64,000 nt of DNA, taken from Dehalococcoidia bacterium. GTDB lineage: Bacteria > Chloroflexota > Dehalococcoidia > Bin125. Under the pieces are notes generated by a model, which saw nothing but the letters and a program-made list of their open reading frames with translations, did no database searches and was not told the DNA's origin. Shown in pieces: positions 40,218-52,495 of the stretch (its first letter is position 1; every line of letters begins with the position of its first letter). The stretch is taken from contig CAXXRD010000001.1 of NCBI GenBank assembly GCA_963663895.2, forward strand, positions 416,001 through 480,000, read 5' to 3'. The position numbers and the translations under genes are program-made.

Positions 40218-40246
40218 TGAATACAGAACATGCGTTCTTTTACGAT
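40217..40246 (+). promoter_or_regulatory. sigma70-type promoter overlapped by a LexA (SOS) box
   Basis: TTGAAT (40217-22), 18-nt spacer, TACGAT (40241-46). AGAACATGCGTTCT at 40225-40238 matches AGAAC-N4-GTTCT. Confidence 0.7.
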
Positions 40247-40369
40247 AGCAGGACAGAAGACAAAAGTTCGTACTCTCGCCACTGCATGTGAAACACTGCT
40301 GCCGCACAGCCGGCGTCAAGGAGGTGCGCGGACCGCAGAGCGCAAGTTAGACAGCGCGGGGCACGGCGT

Positions 40370-41062
40370 ATGACGACGACTCTGATAGACCCCTTGGCAT
40401 CCCCCGTCTTTGAGGGCGTCTACGACGTGCCAGAAGTCGCCCGCTATCTCAAAGCCGCGATCAACGGCGAACGGGCCTACCCGGTCAGTTCGGCCAAGCT
40501 GATCCGGTGGATTCGCCGCGGCGTCGCGTCGCCCGATCTCGCCGACGCCCACGGCCAGGACCTGCTGATCGCGTTCGAGGATGTCGTATCGATGCGGGTG
40601 ATCGCCGCCTTGCGCGCGGTAGGCGTCAAGTGGTCGGAGATCGACCGAACGGAGCGGTGGCTACGACAGGAGACGGGAGCCGAGCGCCCCTTCGCCACCG
40701 AGTCCCTTTGGGCCGGACAGGGACAGCTCTTCGTCGACTGGAAGCAGCGCCTGCTGTCGGCCAGCCGCCACGGTCAGCTGGCGCTCGGCTTGCTCCAGGA
40801 CTACCTCATCCCAATACACGGCCTCATGTTCAGCGAAACCACGCATATGGCGACCTCCTGGGAGCCGTTGGACCACGTTCTGCTAAAGCCGACGGTGCAG
40901 TTTGGGGCGCCCTGTATCAAGGGGACGCGCATACCGACGCGGACGATCGCGGGGATGATCGACGCCGGCGACCCCGTGGAGTGGGTGGCTGGCGTATATA
41001 AACTCTCGCCGGCCGAGGTGAAGGCAGCCCGTGACTGGGAATCCGCTCTCCGAGCCGCCTAA
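40370..41062 (+). CDS. HTH + DUF433 antitoxin (VapB45-like)
   Basis: YDVPEVARYL...LIRWIR, FEDVV, and C-terminal PTVQFGAPCIKGTRIPT DUF433 motif. Confidence 0.82.
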   Translation: MTTTLIDPLASPVFEGVYDVPEVARYLKAAINGERAYPVSSAKLIRWIRRGVASPDLADAHGQDLLIAFEDVVSMRVIAALRAVGVKWSEIDRTERWLRQETGAERPFATESLWAGQGQLFVDWKQRLLSASRHGQLALGLLQDYLIPIHGLMFSETTHMATSWEPLDHVLLKPTVQFGAPCIKGTRIPTRTIAGMIDAGDPVEWVAGVYKLSPAEVKAARDWESALRAA

Positions 41063-41459
41063 CCGACGGTTTCTGCTCGACGAATCGCTGGCGCCATCCG
41101 TTGCTCAGGCCCTGAAACTCGTCGGCTACGATTTCGTCGGCATTGAGGCCGTTCCCAGTGGCAAGGGCGCCCAAGATCCCGAGATCATCGATTGGTGCCG
41201 TGCGAACGGCGCGGTATGGGTCCACGCCGATGACCGAGCCAAAAGGCAGCACAAAGTTCAATTGCAAACGAGCGGAATCCGGACGTTGCGCATCCATCGT
41301 CCGCAAGGCCGCATGACGGCAAAAGAACAGCTTCGGATTCTCGCCTTCGTGCTGCCGCTGTTTCTCGAAAGGATCACCGAATCCCCAAGAGTGCGGAACT
41401 ATCGGGCAAGCGCCGCCAACCCAAGCGCGAAGCCTTCCCTGAGGGAAGAGAAGATATGA
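41031..41459 (+). CDS. PIN-like toxin (VapC45/DUF5615-like)
   Basis: FLLDESLA, GAQDPEIIDWC, WVHADD; overlaps the antitoxin stop. Confidence 0.78.
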   Translation: MTGNPLSEPPNRRFLLDESLAPSVAQALKLVGYDFVGIEAVPSGKGAQDPEIIDWCRANGAVWVHADDRAKRQHKVQLQTSGIRTLRIHRPQGRMTAKEQLRILAFVLPLFLERITESPRVRNYRASAANPSAKPSLREEKI

Positions 41460-41475
41460 TCCTCAGCAGGACGCC

Positions 41476-41667
41476 GTGACCAGTTTCACCGAGTCCGAAG
41501 TCGAAGAGGCCGCCCTGGCCTGGCTGCGGGGCCTGGGCTGGCGGGCCGTCCACGGCCCGGCGATCGCGCCCGACAGCCCCGGCGCGGAGCGGGACGGCTA
41601 CGACGAGGTCGTGCTGGCGCGGCGGCTGCGCGACGCCCTGGCCGCGCTGAACCCCGACCTGCCCGCC
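41476..41667 (+). pseudogene. hsdR 5' relic 2 (near-identical direct repeat of the hsdR start)
   Basis: [22 protein letters not shown]...LNPDLPA. 41500-41667 matches 44202-44369 with 7 mismatches in 168 nt (manual count). Confidence 0.92.
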
Positions 41668-41816
41668 AGCGCCCAGCGACAGCGCCCCGACTCCAGAGCG
41701 TTTATCCTGGATAGCGGAGGCGAGAAGACCCATAACGTACCCCTCGATCCGCTGTGAAACACCAGCGCCTGGGAGGTACGGATAGAACATATGGAGATGC
41801 TTGCGGGGAGGGCCGC

Positions 41817-42971
41817 ATGATGCGCGTCGCCGTCAACCCCGAGCTACTCCGGTGGGCGCGTGAGCGTGCGGGCCTTGCCCAGGACGACTTGGCCGGCCGG
41901 TTCGGCAAGCTGCCGGAATGGGAGACCGGCGGGGTGCAGCCTACTCTGAAGCAGGTGGAGGCGTTCGCGCACGCCGTCCATGTCCCAGCGGGTTACCTTT
42001 TTCTCAGTGCGCCGCCGGAGGAGTCGATCCCGATTCCCGACTTCCGCACGGTCGCCGGACAGACGGTGACGCGCCCGAGTCCTAACCTGCTGGACACGAT
42101 CTACGCTTGCCAGGAGCGGCAAAGCTGGTATCGGGAATTCGCCCGGCTCTCGCGGCAACCCGAACTGCGATTCGTCAACAGCGCCACCCTTGCGATGCCG
42201 TCCGAGACCGTAGCGGCCCGGATGCGCGAGACGCTGGACTTCCAAGTCTCTGCGCGTCGGGAGTGCCCGACATGGACGGATGCCTTGCGGCTGTTCACTC
42301 GGCAGGCCGACGAAGCCGGGGTGCTGGTGATGGTGAGCGGGGTTGTGATGAGCAACAACCGCCGCCGTCTCGATCCCGCCGAATTTCGCGGCTTCGCGCT
42401 CTCCGATCCGCTGGCACCGCTGGTCTTCGTCAACGGCTCGGACACGAAGGCGGCGCAGATGTTCACGCTTGCCCATGAGCTTGCGCATCTGTGGCTCGGT
42501 TCGTCGGCTCTGTCGGACATGGGAGCGAAACCCGAGCACGGCTCTCGCCACGAGGAGGTCTGGTGCAACGCCGTGGCCGCCGAATTCCTGATGCCGCGAG
42601 AAGCGCTGCGCGCCGAATTACGCCCCGGCGAGCAGCTGCCCGCGGCCATGCCCCGGCTCGCCCGGATCTTCAAGGTCAGCACGCTGGTCGTCCTCCGGCG
42701 GCTCCTGGATGCCGAATGGATTGACCGTGAGACCTTCGATCTGCACTGGGCGAAGGAGATCGGACGCCTACAGACATTCACCCGTAGCAGTAGCGGCGGC
42801 GGAGATTTCTACCGAACGACTCTCACGCGCGTAAGTCGCCGATTCGCTCGGGCGCTCGTGGCCAGCACGCTTGAAGGGCAAACGCTCTACCGAGACGCCT
42901 TCCGAATGATCGGCGTCTCCAAGGTCGAGACGTTCAACAATCTCGGGCGGGAAGCCGGGGTGTTGGATTGA
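41817..42971 (+). CDS. XRE-HTH + ImmA/IrrE family metallopeptidase
   Basis: VNPELLRWARERAG, PTLKQ, EFRGFAL, FTLAHELAH (HExxH), CNAVAAEFL. Confidence 0.9.
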   Translation: MMRVAVNPELLRWARERAGLAQDDLAGRFGKLPEWETGGVQPTLKQVEAFAHAVHVPAGYLFLSAPPEESIPIPDFRTVAGQTVTRPSPNLLDTIYACQERQSWYREFARLSRQPELRFVNSATLAMPSETVAARMRETLDFQVSARRECPTWTDALRLFTRQADEAGVLVMVSGVVMSNNRRRLDPAEFRGFALSDPLAPLVFVNGSDTKAAQMFTLAHELAHLWLGSSALSDMGAKPEHGSRHEEVWCNAVAAEFLMPREALRAELRPGEQLPAAMPRLARIFKVSTLVVLRRLLDAEWIDRETFDLHWAKEIGRLQTFTRSSSGGGDFYRTTLTRVSRRFARALVASTLEGQTLYRDAFRMIGVSKVETFNNLGREAGVLD

Positions 42972-43498
42972 CCGTTTACCTGCTCGACTCAAACGTCTTC
43001 ATCCAAGCCAAGAATTTGCACTACGGTTTCGATTTTGTTCCGGCGTTCTGGGACTGGCTAATCCGAGAGAACCAGGAAGGGACTGTGGCGAGCGTCGAGA
43101 AAGTCGCGGATGAGCTGCGCGCTGGCAGAGACGAGCTTTCGGACTGGGCCGAGGAGCGCGGCGACGGGTTTTTCCTCGTGCCGGATTCCGCCGTACTGCC
43201 TGCTCTCCGCCAAGTCGGCGATTGGGCAAGCGGGCAGAGCTACGATCCGGCGGCCGTTGCCACGTTTCTTCAGGTAGCCGACTACTGGCTCGTCGCTCAT
43301 GCGCTAGCGCACAGCTATGTCGTCGTCACCCATGAGGTTCCCGCCGATACTCCCAAGAAAATCAAGATTCCGAGCGCGTGCATCGGCCTCAACCTTCACT
43401 GCATAAGCCCATACCAGATGTTGCGGCAAGAAGGGGCCCGGTTCGTCGCTCGGTTGAGCGAGACACTATCCACCTTACCGACGAAGCCTGCGGTGTGA
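42968..43498 (+). CDS. DUF4411 family PIN-like protein
   Basis: YLLDSNVFIQAK...FWDWL...ADYWLVAHA...VVTHE...KIKIP; coupled to the ImmA gene. Confidence 0.85.
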   Translation: MTVYLLDSNVFIQAKNLHYGFDFVPAFWDWLIRENQEGTVASVEKVADELRAGRDELSDWAEERGDGFFLVPDSAVLPALRQVGDWASGQSYDPAAVATFLQVADYWLVAHALAHSYVVVTHEVPADTPKKIKIPSACIGLNLHCISPYQMLRQEGARFVARLSETLSTLPTKPAV

Positions 43499-43536
43499 AC
43501 GGACTGTCCGAAGCCGAAGTTGAAGAGGCCTCCTAG
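43495..43536 (+). pseudogene. hsdR 5' relic 3 (13 codons)
   Basis: GTG AAC GGA CTG TCC GAA GCC GAA GTT GAA GAG GCC TCC TAG = MNGLSEAEVEEAS; GTGA-coupled to the DUF4411 stop. Confidence 0.6.
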
Positions 43537-43853
43537 TCGCAGCCGGTGGCGACGGCGAGGGCGCGGCAGACCTCGCGCAGCTTCTCCTCGCCGAGCTCCC
43601 CCACGTAGCCGCGCAGCTGGCGCTGGTCGACCGTCTGCACGTTGTCGAGGCTGACGGCGGAGATCCCCTTCAACCCCTCGTCGGGGCCCACGACGACCTC
43701 GCTGGGAATGCCCCGAATGGTCGATGTCAGCGGGGCGACCATCGCCGTGCGCAGGAAGGGCAGCGCCTCCGAGCGCGTCAACACCAGGACGGGCCGCCGC
43801 TTGTCGGGCGGCGCGAACCGGCAGCGCCAGATCTCTCCCCGCAGCGGGGGCAT
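43533..43853 (-). CDS. mazF: MazF/PemK family toxin
   Basis: RGEIW...DKRRPVLVL...VAPLTS...DNVQTV. Confidence 0.9.
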   Translation of the reverse strand: MPPLRGEIWRCRFAPPDKRRPVLVLTRSEALPFLRTAMVAPLTSTIRGIPSEVVVGPDEGLKGISAVSLDNVQTVDQRQLRGYVGELGEEKLREVCRALAVATGCD

Positions 43854-43857
43854 GCGG

Positions 43858-44088
43858 CTACTCCCCGGGCCAGGCGCCCCGGCCGGCCCACTCGATCTCC
43901 TCGGTGGTCTGGGGGAACTTCGTGTAGCCCTCCCGGTACCGGCGGGCGATCTCCTGGGCCCGCTTCTCCGCGAGATAGGCGGCGGCGGCCTCGCGCAGCA
44001 CCGCCGAGCGGCCGCGCTCGCGCACCTCGGGCCGCTGGTCGAGCTGCTCCAGCAGATCCTCGTCGAACGTCACCTGTATCGCTTTCAT
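43858..44088 (-). CDS. Ribbon-helix-helix (CopG) antitoxin
   Basis: MKAIQVTFDEDLLEQLD...RSAVLREA...Y.EGY..P; directly upstream of mazF. Confidence 0.85.
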   Translation of the reverse strand: MKAIQVTFDEDLLEQLDQRPEVRERGRSAVLREAAAAYLAEKRAQEIARRYREGYTKFPQTTEEIEWAGRGAWPGE

Positions 44089-44171
44089 GGATATGAAGAT
44101 ACCACATGTAGAATAGACGCATCATGCGGTACCGGCGGGGCGGGCGGGACGCCGCTCCCTAGAATGCGCCC

Positions 44172-47342
<3,171 letters not shown>

Positions 47343-47622
47343 GGACGGCTCCACGCCGATCGGCCCGCCTCCAACTCGAAGACCGCGCGATCTCCCGGCT
47401 CTCTCGCAAGAAACGGGCGGGCCACTGCCATCCACCGCGATGTTGGCGACTACGGCCCGGCGGCACGCCCTGCGTGAAGCGCCATGCGAAAGGCGGCGCG
47501 CCCTTGCCGGGAGGCCGGTGCGACCGCGGACACCCAGTCGCTCATCTCCAGACGGCTGCCGTCCTCGCTTTCCCAGTCCAGCAGAATGAGCGAGCGACAC
47601 TGCTAGCAAGTTACACTTTGCG

Positions 47623-47641
47623 AATGATGGGTACTATCATT
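47623..47641. promoter_or_regulatory. Fur/Zur-family-like 9-1-9 inverted repeat upstream of sodC
   Basis: AATGATGGG-T-ACTATCATT, AT-rich within a GC-rich context; it overlaps a TACTAT -10-like hexamer. Confidence 0.4.
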
Positions 47642-47754
47642 TCACTCTCGCACACGTCTGTTCAGAAGGTGGCTCGCACTAGCGTCCCAACTCCCAGCCG
47701 GAAAGCAGAAGACTCCGCCGTCATCGGCACGGCGGAATCGACGAGGCGACCCTC

Positions 47755-48336
47755 GTGAAGAGAAGACTGCCGCTGGTTGTTTGTCTGTCGCCCGTCGTGA
47801 TCGTGCTGGTGGTCGGCTTGGTTCTGTTGATCGTCCGGTGCAGCGAGGCGGCTGCACCTACCGTGGGCCTGACGGCCGAGGCCGTGCTTGTATCGGAGGA
47901 CGGTGGCGCCATCGGCACCGTTGCGTTCCGGCAAACGGCCACCGGGGTTCTGATCATGGCCGACATACGTGAACTAGCCCCGGGCGGCCACGCTTTCATT
48001 GTTCACGAGGTCGGTGCGTGTACGCCCGACTTCCGCGCCGCCGGTGACCACTTCAACCCGACTGGGGCGGGACACGGCTTTATCCATTCGACCTGGAAGC
48101 GCGGCGAATCGGGTGGAACACACGGCGGCGACCTGCCCAATCTCTACGCCGGCTCTGACGGCGCTGCCCGGGCCGACTTCTTTACCGATGGCATCACCCT
48201 GGACACGGGACCGCGCCATTCCATATTCGACGCCGACGGCTCCGCCATCATTGTGCACGAACGGCCCGATTCTTATGGAGCAGAGGAATCGGACACTGGC
48301 GAACGCGTAGCCTGCGGGGTCATTAGGCGCACCTAG
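47755..48336 (+). CDS. sodC: Cu/Zn superoxide dismutase family protein (secreted)
   Basis: N-terminal TM/signal; HAFIVHEVGAC, AGDHFNP, HGGDLPN, IIVHERPD, GERVACG. Confidence 0.88.
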   Translation: MKRRLPLVVCLSPVVIVLVVGLVLLIVRCSEAAAPTVGLTAEAVLVSEDGGAIGTVAFRQTATGVLIMADIRELAPGGHAFIVHEVGACTPDFRAAGDHFNPTGAGHGFIHSTWKRGESGGTHGGDLPNLYAGSDGAARADFFTDGITLDTGPRHSIFDADGSAIIVHERPDSYGAEESDTGERVACGVIRRT

Positions 48337-48659
48337 CGGGATAAACTAAATTCCCAAACCTTTCCGTAGCGGGTCCCCGGCTCGAGATCGGCGAAGACGT
48401 GGCGGTTGGACTCTTGCGCTCGCACCCAGATCGTCCTGACTTGCCCTTCGGTGCGCTGCCCGACCCAGTGCGCGAGATGAAATTCGGCCGCCTCCTCCCA
48501 TGACACGACGAGAAAGCCGCCGGAGAAGGCCGGCCGCACGGTCACCGTGAAGGGATTGCCCTCGGCGGGATCCTGCGCTGCGACGTTGTCCGTCGAGAGA
48601 ACGGCCGCGGCGGCGAGAAGCGCCAGCGCCGTTCCCACTAATCCCAAACGCTGAAGCAT
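48333..48659 (-). CDS. Small secreted protein with an Fn3-like segment (possibly truncated)
   Basis: AGGAGG RBS, signal peptide, ..VSW..., FADLEPGTRY. Confidence 0.5.
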   Translation of the reverse strand: MLQRLGLVGTALALLAAAAVLSTDNVAAQDPAEGNPFTVTVRPAFSGGFLVVSWEEAAEFHLAHWVGQRTEGQVRTIWVRAQESNRHVFADLEPGTRYGKVWEFSLSR

Positions 48660-48818
48660 GTTCGATTCCTCCTGCGGAACTCTGCTCTAGGCGGCGCGCG
48701 CGCCCGAAGCAAACGCCAGCCGGGCCGCCGCTTGACTTGGAGGGCCGCATGTCCAATACATACAGTGCAGGCCCGCAGCGGTTCGTCCAGGAGCATCCTG
48801 GAAGCCGGAGGAACGGCG

Positions 48819-50222
48819 ATGGCGCGCTACGACTACGACATCGTGATCATCGGGTCGGGCCCGGCCGGCCAGAAAGCCGCGATGCAGGCTGCGAAGCTCG
48901 GCAAGCGCGTGGCCGTGATCGAGCGGCTCCCGGAGATCGGCGGCGTCAGCATCAGTACCGCAACCGCAAGCAAGACCTTGCGCGAGGCCGTGCTGCACCT
49001 GACGGGCTACAGGGAACGCAAGGTTTACGGCGAGTCGTACGCCGTGAAGCAAGACATCACGATGAGCGATCTCATGCTGCGAACGCGCTACGTGATGCAT
49101 CAGGAAGGGGAGATCCTGCGCAGTCAGCTCGCCAGGAACCGCGTGGAGACGATCGCCGGCGAGGCATCATTCATCGACCGGCATACGATCAATCTCGTTA
49201 CCGAGAACGGCAAACCCGATCGCACGATCACGGCGGAGAAGGTGATTATCGCGGTGGGGACGTACTCCACGATGCCGCCCGTGGTCTTCGTGGACGGCCG
49301 ACTGATCTTCGTCAGCGACGATGTTCTCAACCTCACCGATCTGCCCCGGACGCTGACGATCGTCGGCGCCGGCGCGATCGGGCTGGAGTATTGCGGCACG
49401 TTCGCGGCGGTGGGCGTCCGGGTCACGCTCGTGGACAGGAATCCGCGATTGCTGCCGTTCGCGGACGACGAGCTGACGGACACCCTGGTGTACCACCTGC
49501 GGCAGAGGGACGTGACGTTCATCATGAACGGCAACGTCTTCGATATCGAGTACCTGAGGGACGGCTACGGAGATCGGGTCCGCGTCATGCTTGAGGGCGG
49601 GAAGCAGATCGTGAGCGATGCCGTGATGTACTGCGTCGGGCGCACGGGCGCCACGCAATCGCTCAATCTGGAGGCCGTGGGCGTCGAGGTCGACGAGCGC
49701 GGGCGCCTCAGCGTGGACGAGAACTACCAGACGAACGTGGAAGGCATCTACGCCGTGGGCGGCGTCATCGGCTTCCCCGACCTCTCCTCCACATCACAGA
49801 TGCAGGGGCGGCTGGCGGTGCGGCATGCGGCCGGCATCGCCGCGAACCGATTCCCCGATCTGGTTCCCTACGCCGTGAAGACGATTCCCGAAGTGGCGAT
49901 GGTGGGGATAACGGAGGCGCAGCTCATGGCCGAGGGGATCCCCTACGAGGTGGGCAAAGCGGAGTATCACGAAAATGTGAACAGCATCATCAAAGGAGAC
50001 GACGCCGGTTTCCTCAAGCTGCTGTTCCATATCGAGACGCGGAAGCTGCTGGGGGTGCACATCATCGGCGAGGGCGCCGCCGAGCTGATCCACATCGGCC
50101 AGGCGGTGATCGCGCACGAGGGCACGATCGACTATTTCGTCGACAGCGTGACCAGCAACCCGACGCTGGCCGAATGCTATCCGGCGGCTGCCTTGAACGG
50201 GATCAATCGCCTCGGACTGTAG
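48819..50222 (+). CDS. sthA: Soluble pyridine nucleotide transhydrogenase-like flavoprotein (divergent)
   Basis: YDIVIIGSGPAGQKAA, SKTLREAVL, GAGAIGLEY, TIPEV, GEGAAELIHIGQ, PTLAECY. The start is ATG 48819. Confidence 0.8.
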   Translation: MARYDYDIVIIGSGPAGQKAAMQAAKLGKRVAVIERLPEIGGVSISTATASKTLREAVLHLTGYRERKVYGESYAVKQDITMSDLMLRTRYVMHQEGEILRSQLARNRVETIAGEASFIDRHTINLVTENGKPDRTITAEKVIIAVGTYSTMPPVVFVDGRLIFVSDDVLNLTDLPRTLTIVGAGAIGLEYCGTFAAVGVRVTLVDRNPRLLPFADDELTDTLVYHLRQRDVTFIMNGNVFDIEYLRDGYGDRVRVMLEGGKQIVSDAVMYCVGRTGATQSLNLEAVGVEVDERGRLSVDENYQTNVEGIYAVGGVIGFPDLSSTSQMQGRLAVRHAAGIAANRFPDLVPYAVKTIPEVAMVGITEAQLMAEGIPYEVGKAEYHENVNSIIKGDDAGFLKLLFHIETRKLLGVHIIGEGAAELIHIGQAVIAHEGTIDYFVDSVTSNPTLAECYPAAALNGINRLGL

Positions 50223-50229
50223 ATCACCG

Positions 50230-50697
50230 CTATCCGTTCTGGGCCGACGCCTCCCTCAGCAGCCGGATGCCGGTTGAAGCCATCAGCAGCGGGAACGTGA
50301 CGTCGATCAGGATCCACACCAGCCCCTCGGCGTTGCTGGGCTCGACGAACTCCACGCCGAACCAGTTCCAGAGAAGGGCGAGGAAGAGCGCCGCCGTGAA
50401 GTAGAGGGTGCCGTTCGCCTCCAGATACTCCCGGCTTACCGATCGGTCGCCTCCACCAGCATCCAGGCGGCGCTTTCGGTCGAAGGCAACCACGAGCGCC
50501 ATCACCGCGCCGGCCACCATCAGCGGGTCGAAGACGAGCCAGGCGTCGAGTGCCGTGCCCTCCAACCTCGGATCGTAAAACTGCGTAGCTAGGAAATGCC
50601 CGGCCACCCCCAGCGCCAGCAAGAGCATGTACACCGCCGCCGCACGCTTGAGAACAGGCATGAGAACCATCACTCGGGACCCCCGATCTCCGTTCAC
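50230..50697 (-). CDS. Four-TM membrane protein, hypothetical
   Basis: Four hydrophobic segments; fills the gap between known genes. Confidence 0.65.
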   Translation of the reverse strand: MNGDRGSRVMVLMPVLKRAAAVYMLLLALGVAGHFLATQFYDPRLEGTALDAWLVFDPLMVAGAVMALVVAFDRKRRLDAGGGDRSVSREYLEANGTLYFTAALFLALLWNWFGVEFVEPSNAEGLVWILIDVTFPLLMASTGIRLLREASAQNG

Positions 50698-51064
50698 TCG
50701 CTTAGGGATGCCGGTTCCCTCGCCCCCTGCCTACCTCCCCGCAGGCGGGGCGCGCGATACGATCCGGCCGCAGAAGGCGAGAGCCCCAACACCGGATTGA
50801 CTCGCCGGCTTTCGGGATTCCCGCCTCCAAACGGTCCCTAGATAACCCTTCCAGGGATCGATGGCAAGGCGCGGGTTTCGATCCGCGTTGGACGCTCCCG
50901 GAATCCGGACGGGAACGGCGCGGCCCCAAGGGAGAGCGCGGCGATGAATCACCGGGCCGGGCCGAACGAGCGAGTCGGGGACCAGCGGAGCCGGCCCCTT
51001 GGGGGCGAGCCCGAGCAGAGCGATATCATCCGGTGGGCGCCGCAATTCCTGGAGGTAGGAGAGA

Positions 51065-52306
51065 GTGCGAAGAACGATATCCGGCAGAGGGCGGGCAGTG
51101 CTCGCACTCGGCGCAGCCTGTTTGCTCCTGGCCGGCCTCGCCGCTTGTGACGGCGAGGCGGAGGCACCCGACCCGCTGAGGATCGGCGTGCTGCACACGT
51201 CGTTCAACGACGAGATCGAGCGGGAGATGCTGCGCTCCTTCGATCTGGCGGTCAAACACCTCAACGAGGCGGGCGGGGTCTTCGGCCAGCCGGTGCAGGT
51301 CGAGATCGTCGATGCCACCACCGACCCCGAGGTGGCGGTGCAGCGGGCGCGGCAGATGGTGGAAGAGAACCCGCCGCATGCCATCGTAGGGGGCTGGACC
51401 AGCGCAACCGCGCTGGCGCTGGTGGAGCAGGTGATCGCGCCGGCGGGCATTCCCATGATCAGCCCCTCGGCCACCTCTCCCCTTCTGTCCACCGCCAACG
51501 ACCAAGACTTCCTTTTCCGCACGATCCCGGTGGACAGCTCGGGGGCGCCGGTCCTGGCGCAGCTGGTCCGCGACCAAGGGTTCACCAACATCGGCGTGAT
51601 CTACCGCCAAGACCCCTGGGGATCGAAGTACGCCGAAGCCTTCGAGGCCGCCTGGGACGGTCCCATCCGGGTGGTCGGGATCGATCCCGACCAGGACAGC
51701 TATCTCGACGAGCTACGGGAGTCGGCCGCAGGGGGAGCGGAAGCTCTGGTCCCCATGACCTTCAACGCGGAGGCGATCGTCATTCTCGGAGAGGCCCTGG
51801 ACAACGGCGTCTACGACCAGTTCGTGCTCACCGGCCCCATGAAGGACCCGCGAACCATCGAGGCGATCGGCAGCGCCGGCCTGGGCGGCATGCACGGCAT
51901 CGCGGCGGTCGCGGACCGGACGTCCGCCTCCTCGGTCGCGTGGGAGGAGGCGTACATCGCCGAGTACGGCGGCCTGCCCGTGCTGGCCTACGTGAAGGAG
52001 ACGTACGACGCCGCCATCGTCCTGGCGCTCGCGGCCCAGGCCGCCGGCAGCACGGACGGCGCCGCGATCCGCGACCGCCTGCGCGCGGTGGCTGGCGGAT
52101 CGGGCGAGGCGGTGAGCGCCGGAGCGGAGGGCATCAGGCACGCGCTCGAAATCCTGGCCAGCGGAGGCGCGATCAACTACGAAGGCGCCTCGACGACCCT
52201 GGACTGGGACGGGAACGGCGACCTGCGAAGAGGGCAGTTCGGCGTCTGGCGTTTCAGGGAAGACGGCCAGATCGAGGAGGTCCGGGTGATCCCCTTCGGC
52301 GGCTAG
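51065..52306 (+). CDS. LivK-like ABC substrate-binding lipoprotein
   Basis: Lipobox LAAC, NEAGGVFG, ISPSATSP, FLFRT, YDAA, YEGAS. Confidence 0.9.
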   Translation: MRRTISGRGRAVLALGAACLLLAGLAACDGEAEAPDPLRIGVLHTSFNDEIEREMLRSFDLAVKHLNEAGGVFGQPVQVEIVDATTDPEVAVQRARQMVEENPPHAIVGGWTSATALALVEQVIAPAGIPMISPSATSPLLSTANDQDFLFRTIPVDSSGAPVLAQLVRDQGFTNIGVIYRQDPWGSKYAEAFEAAWDGPIRVVGIDPDQDSYLDELRESAAGGAEALVPMTFNAEAIVILGEALDNGVYDQFVLTGPMKDPRTIEAIGSAGLGGMHGIAAVADRTSASSVAWEEAYIAEYGGLPVLAYVKETYDAAIVLALAAQAAGSTDGAAIRDRLRAVAGGSGEAVSAGAEGIRHALEILASGGAINYEGASTTLDWDGNGDLRRGQFGVWRFREDGQIEEVRVIPFGG

Positions 52307-52495
52307 ACCGGAGCCGGCCACGAATCAGTAGGGCCTGCTCCGAGGGCACGAGCGACGGCCGGGGTACGCGGCTCTCTGCCGGCTACCGTCGCAAGAGCGT
52401 CGGGACGGAGTGCTCCCGGCGCCGACGCCGCCCGTCTCCTTCATGAGAGCCAATGCGACTTGCGCGGCGCTCCAGCCAGGCCAGATGAGTGGGCT

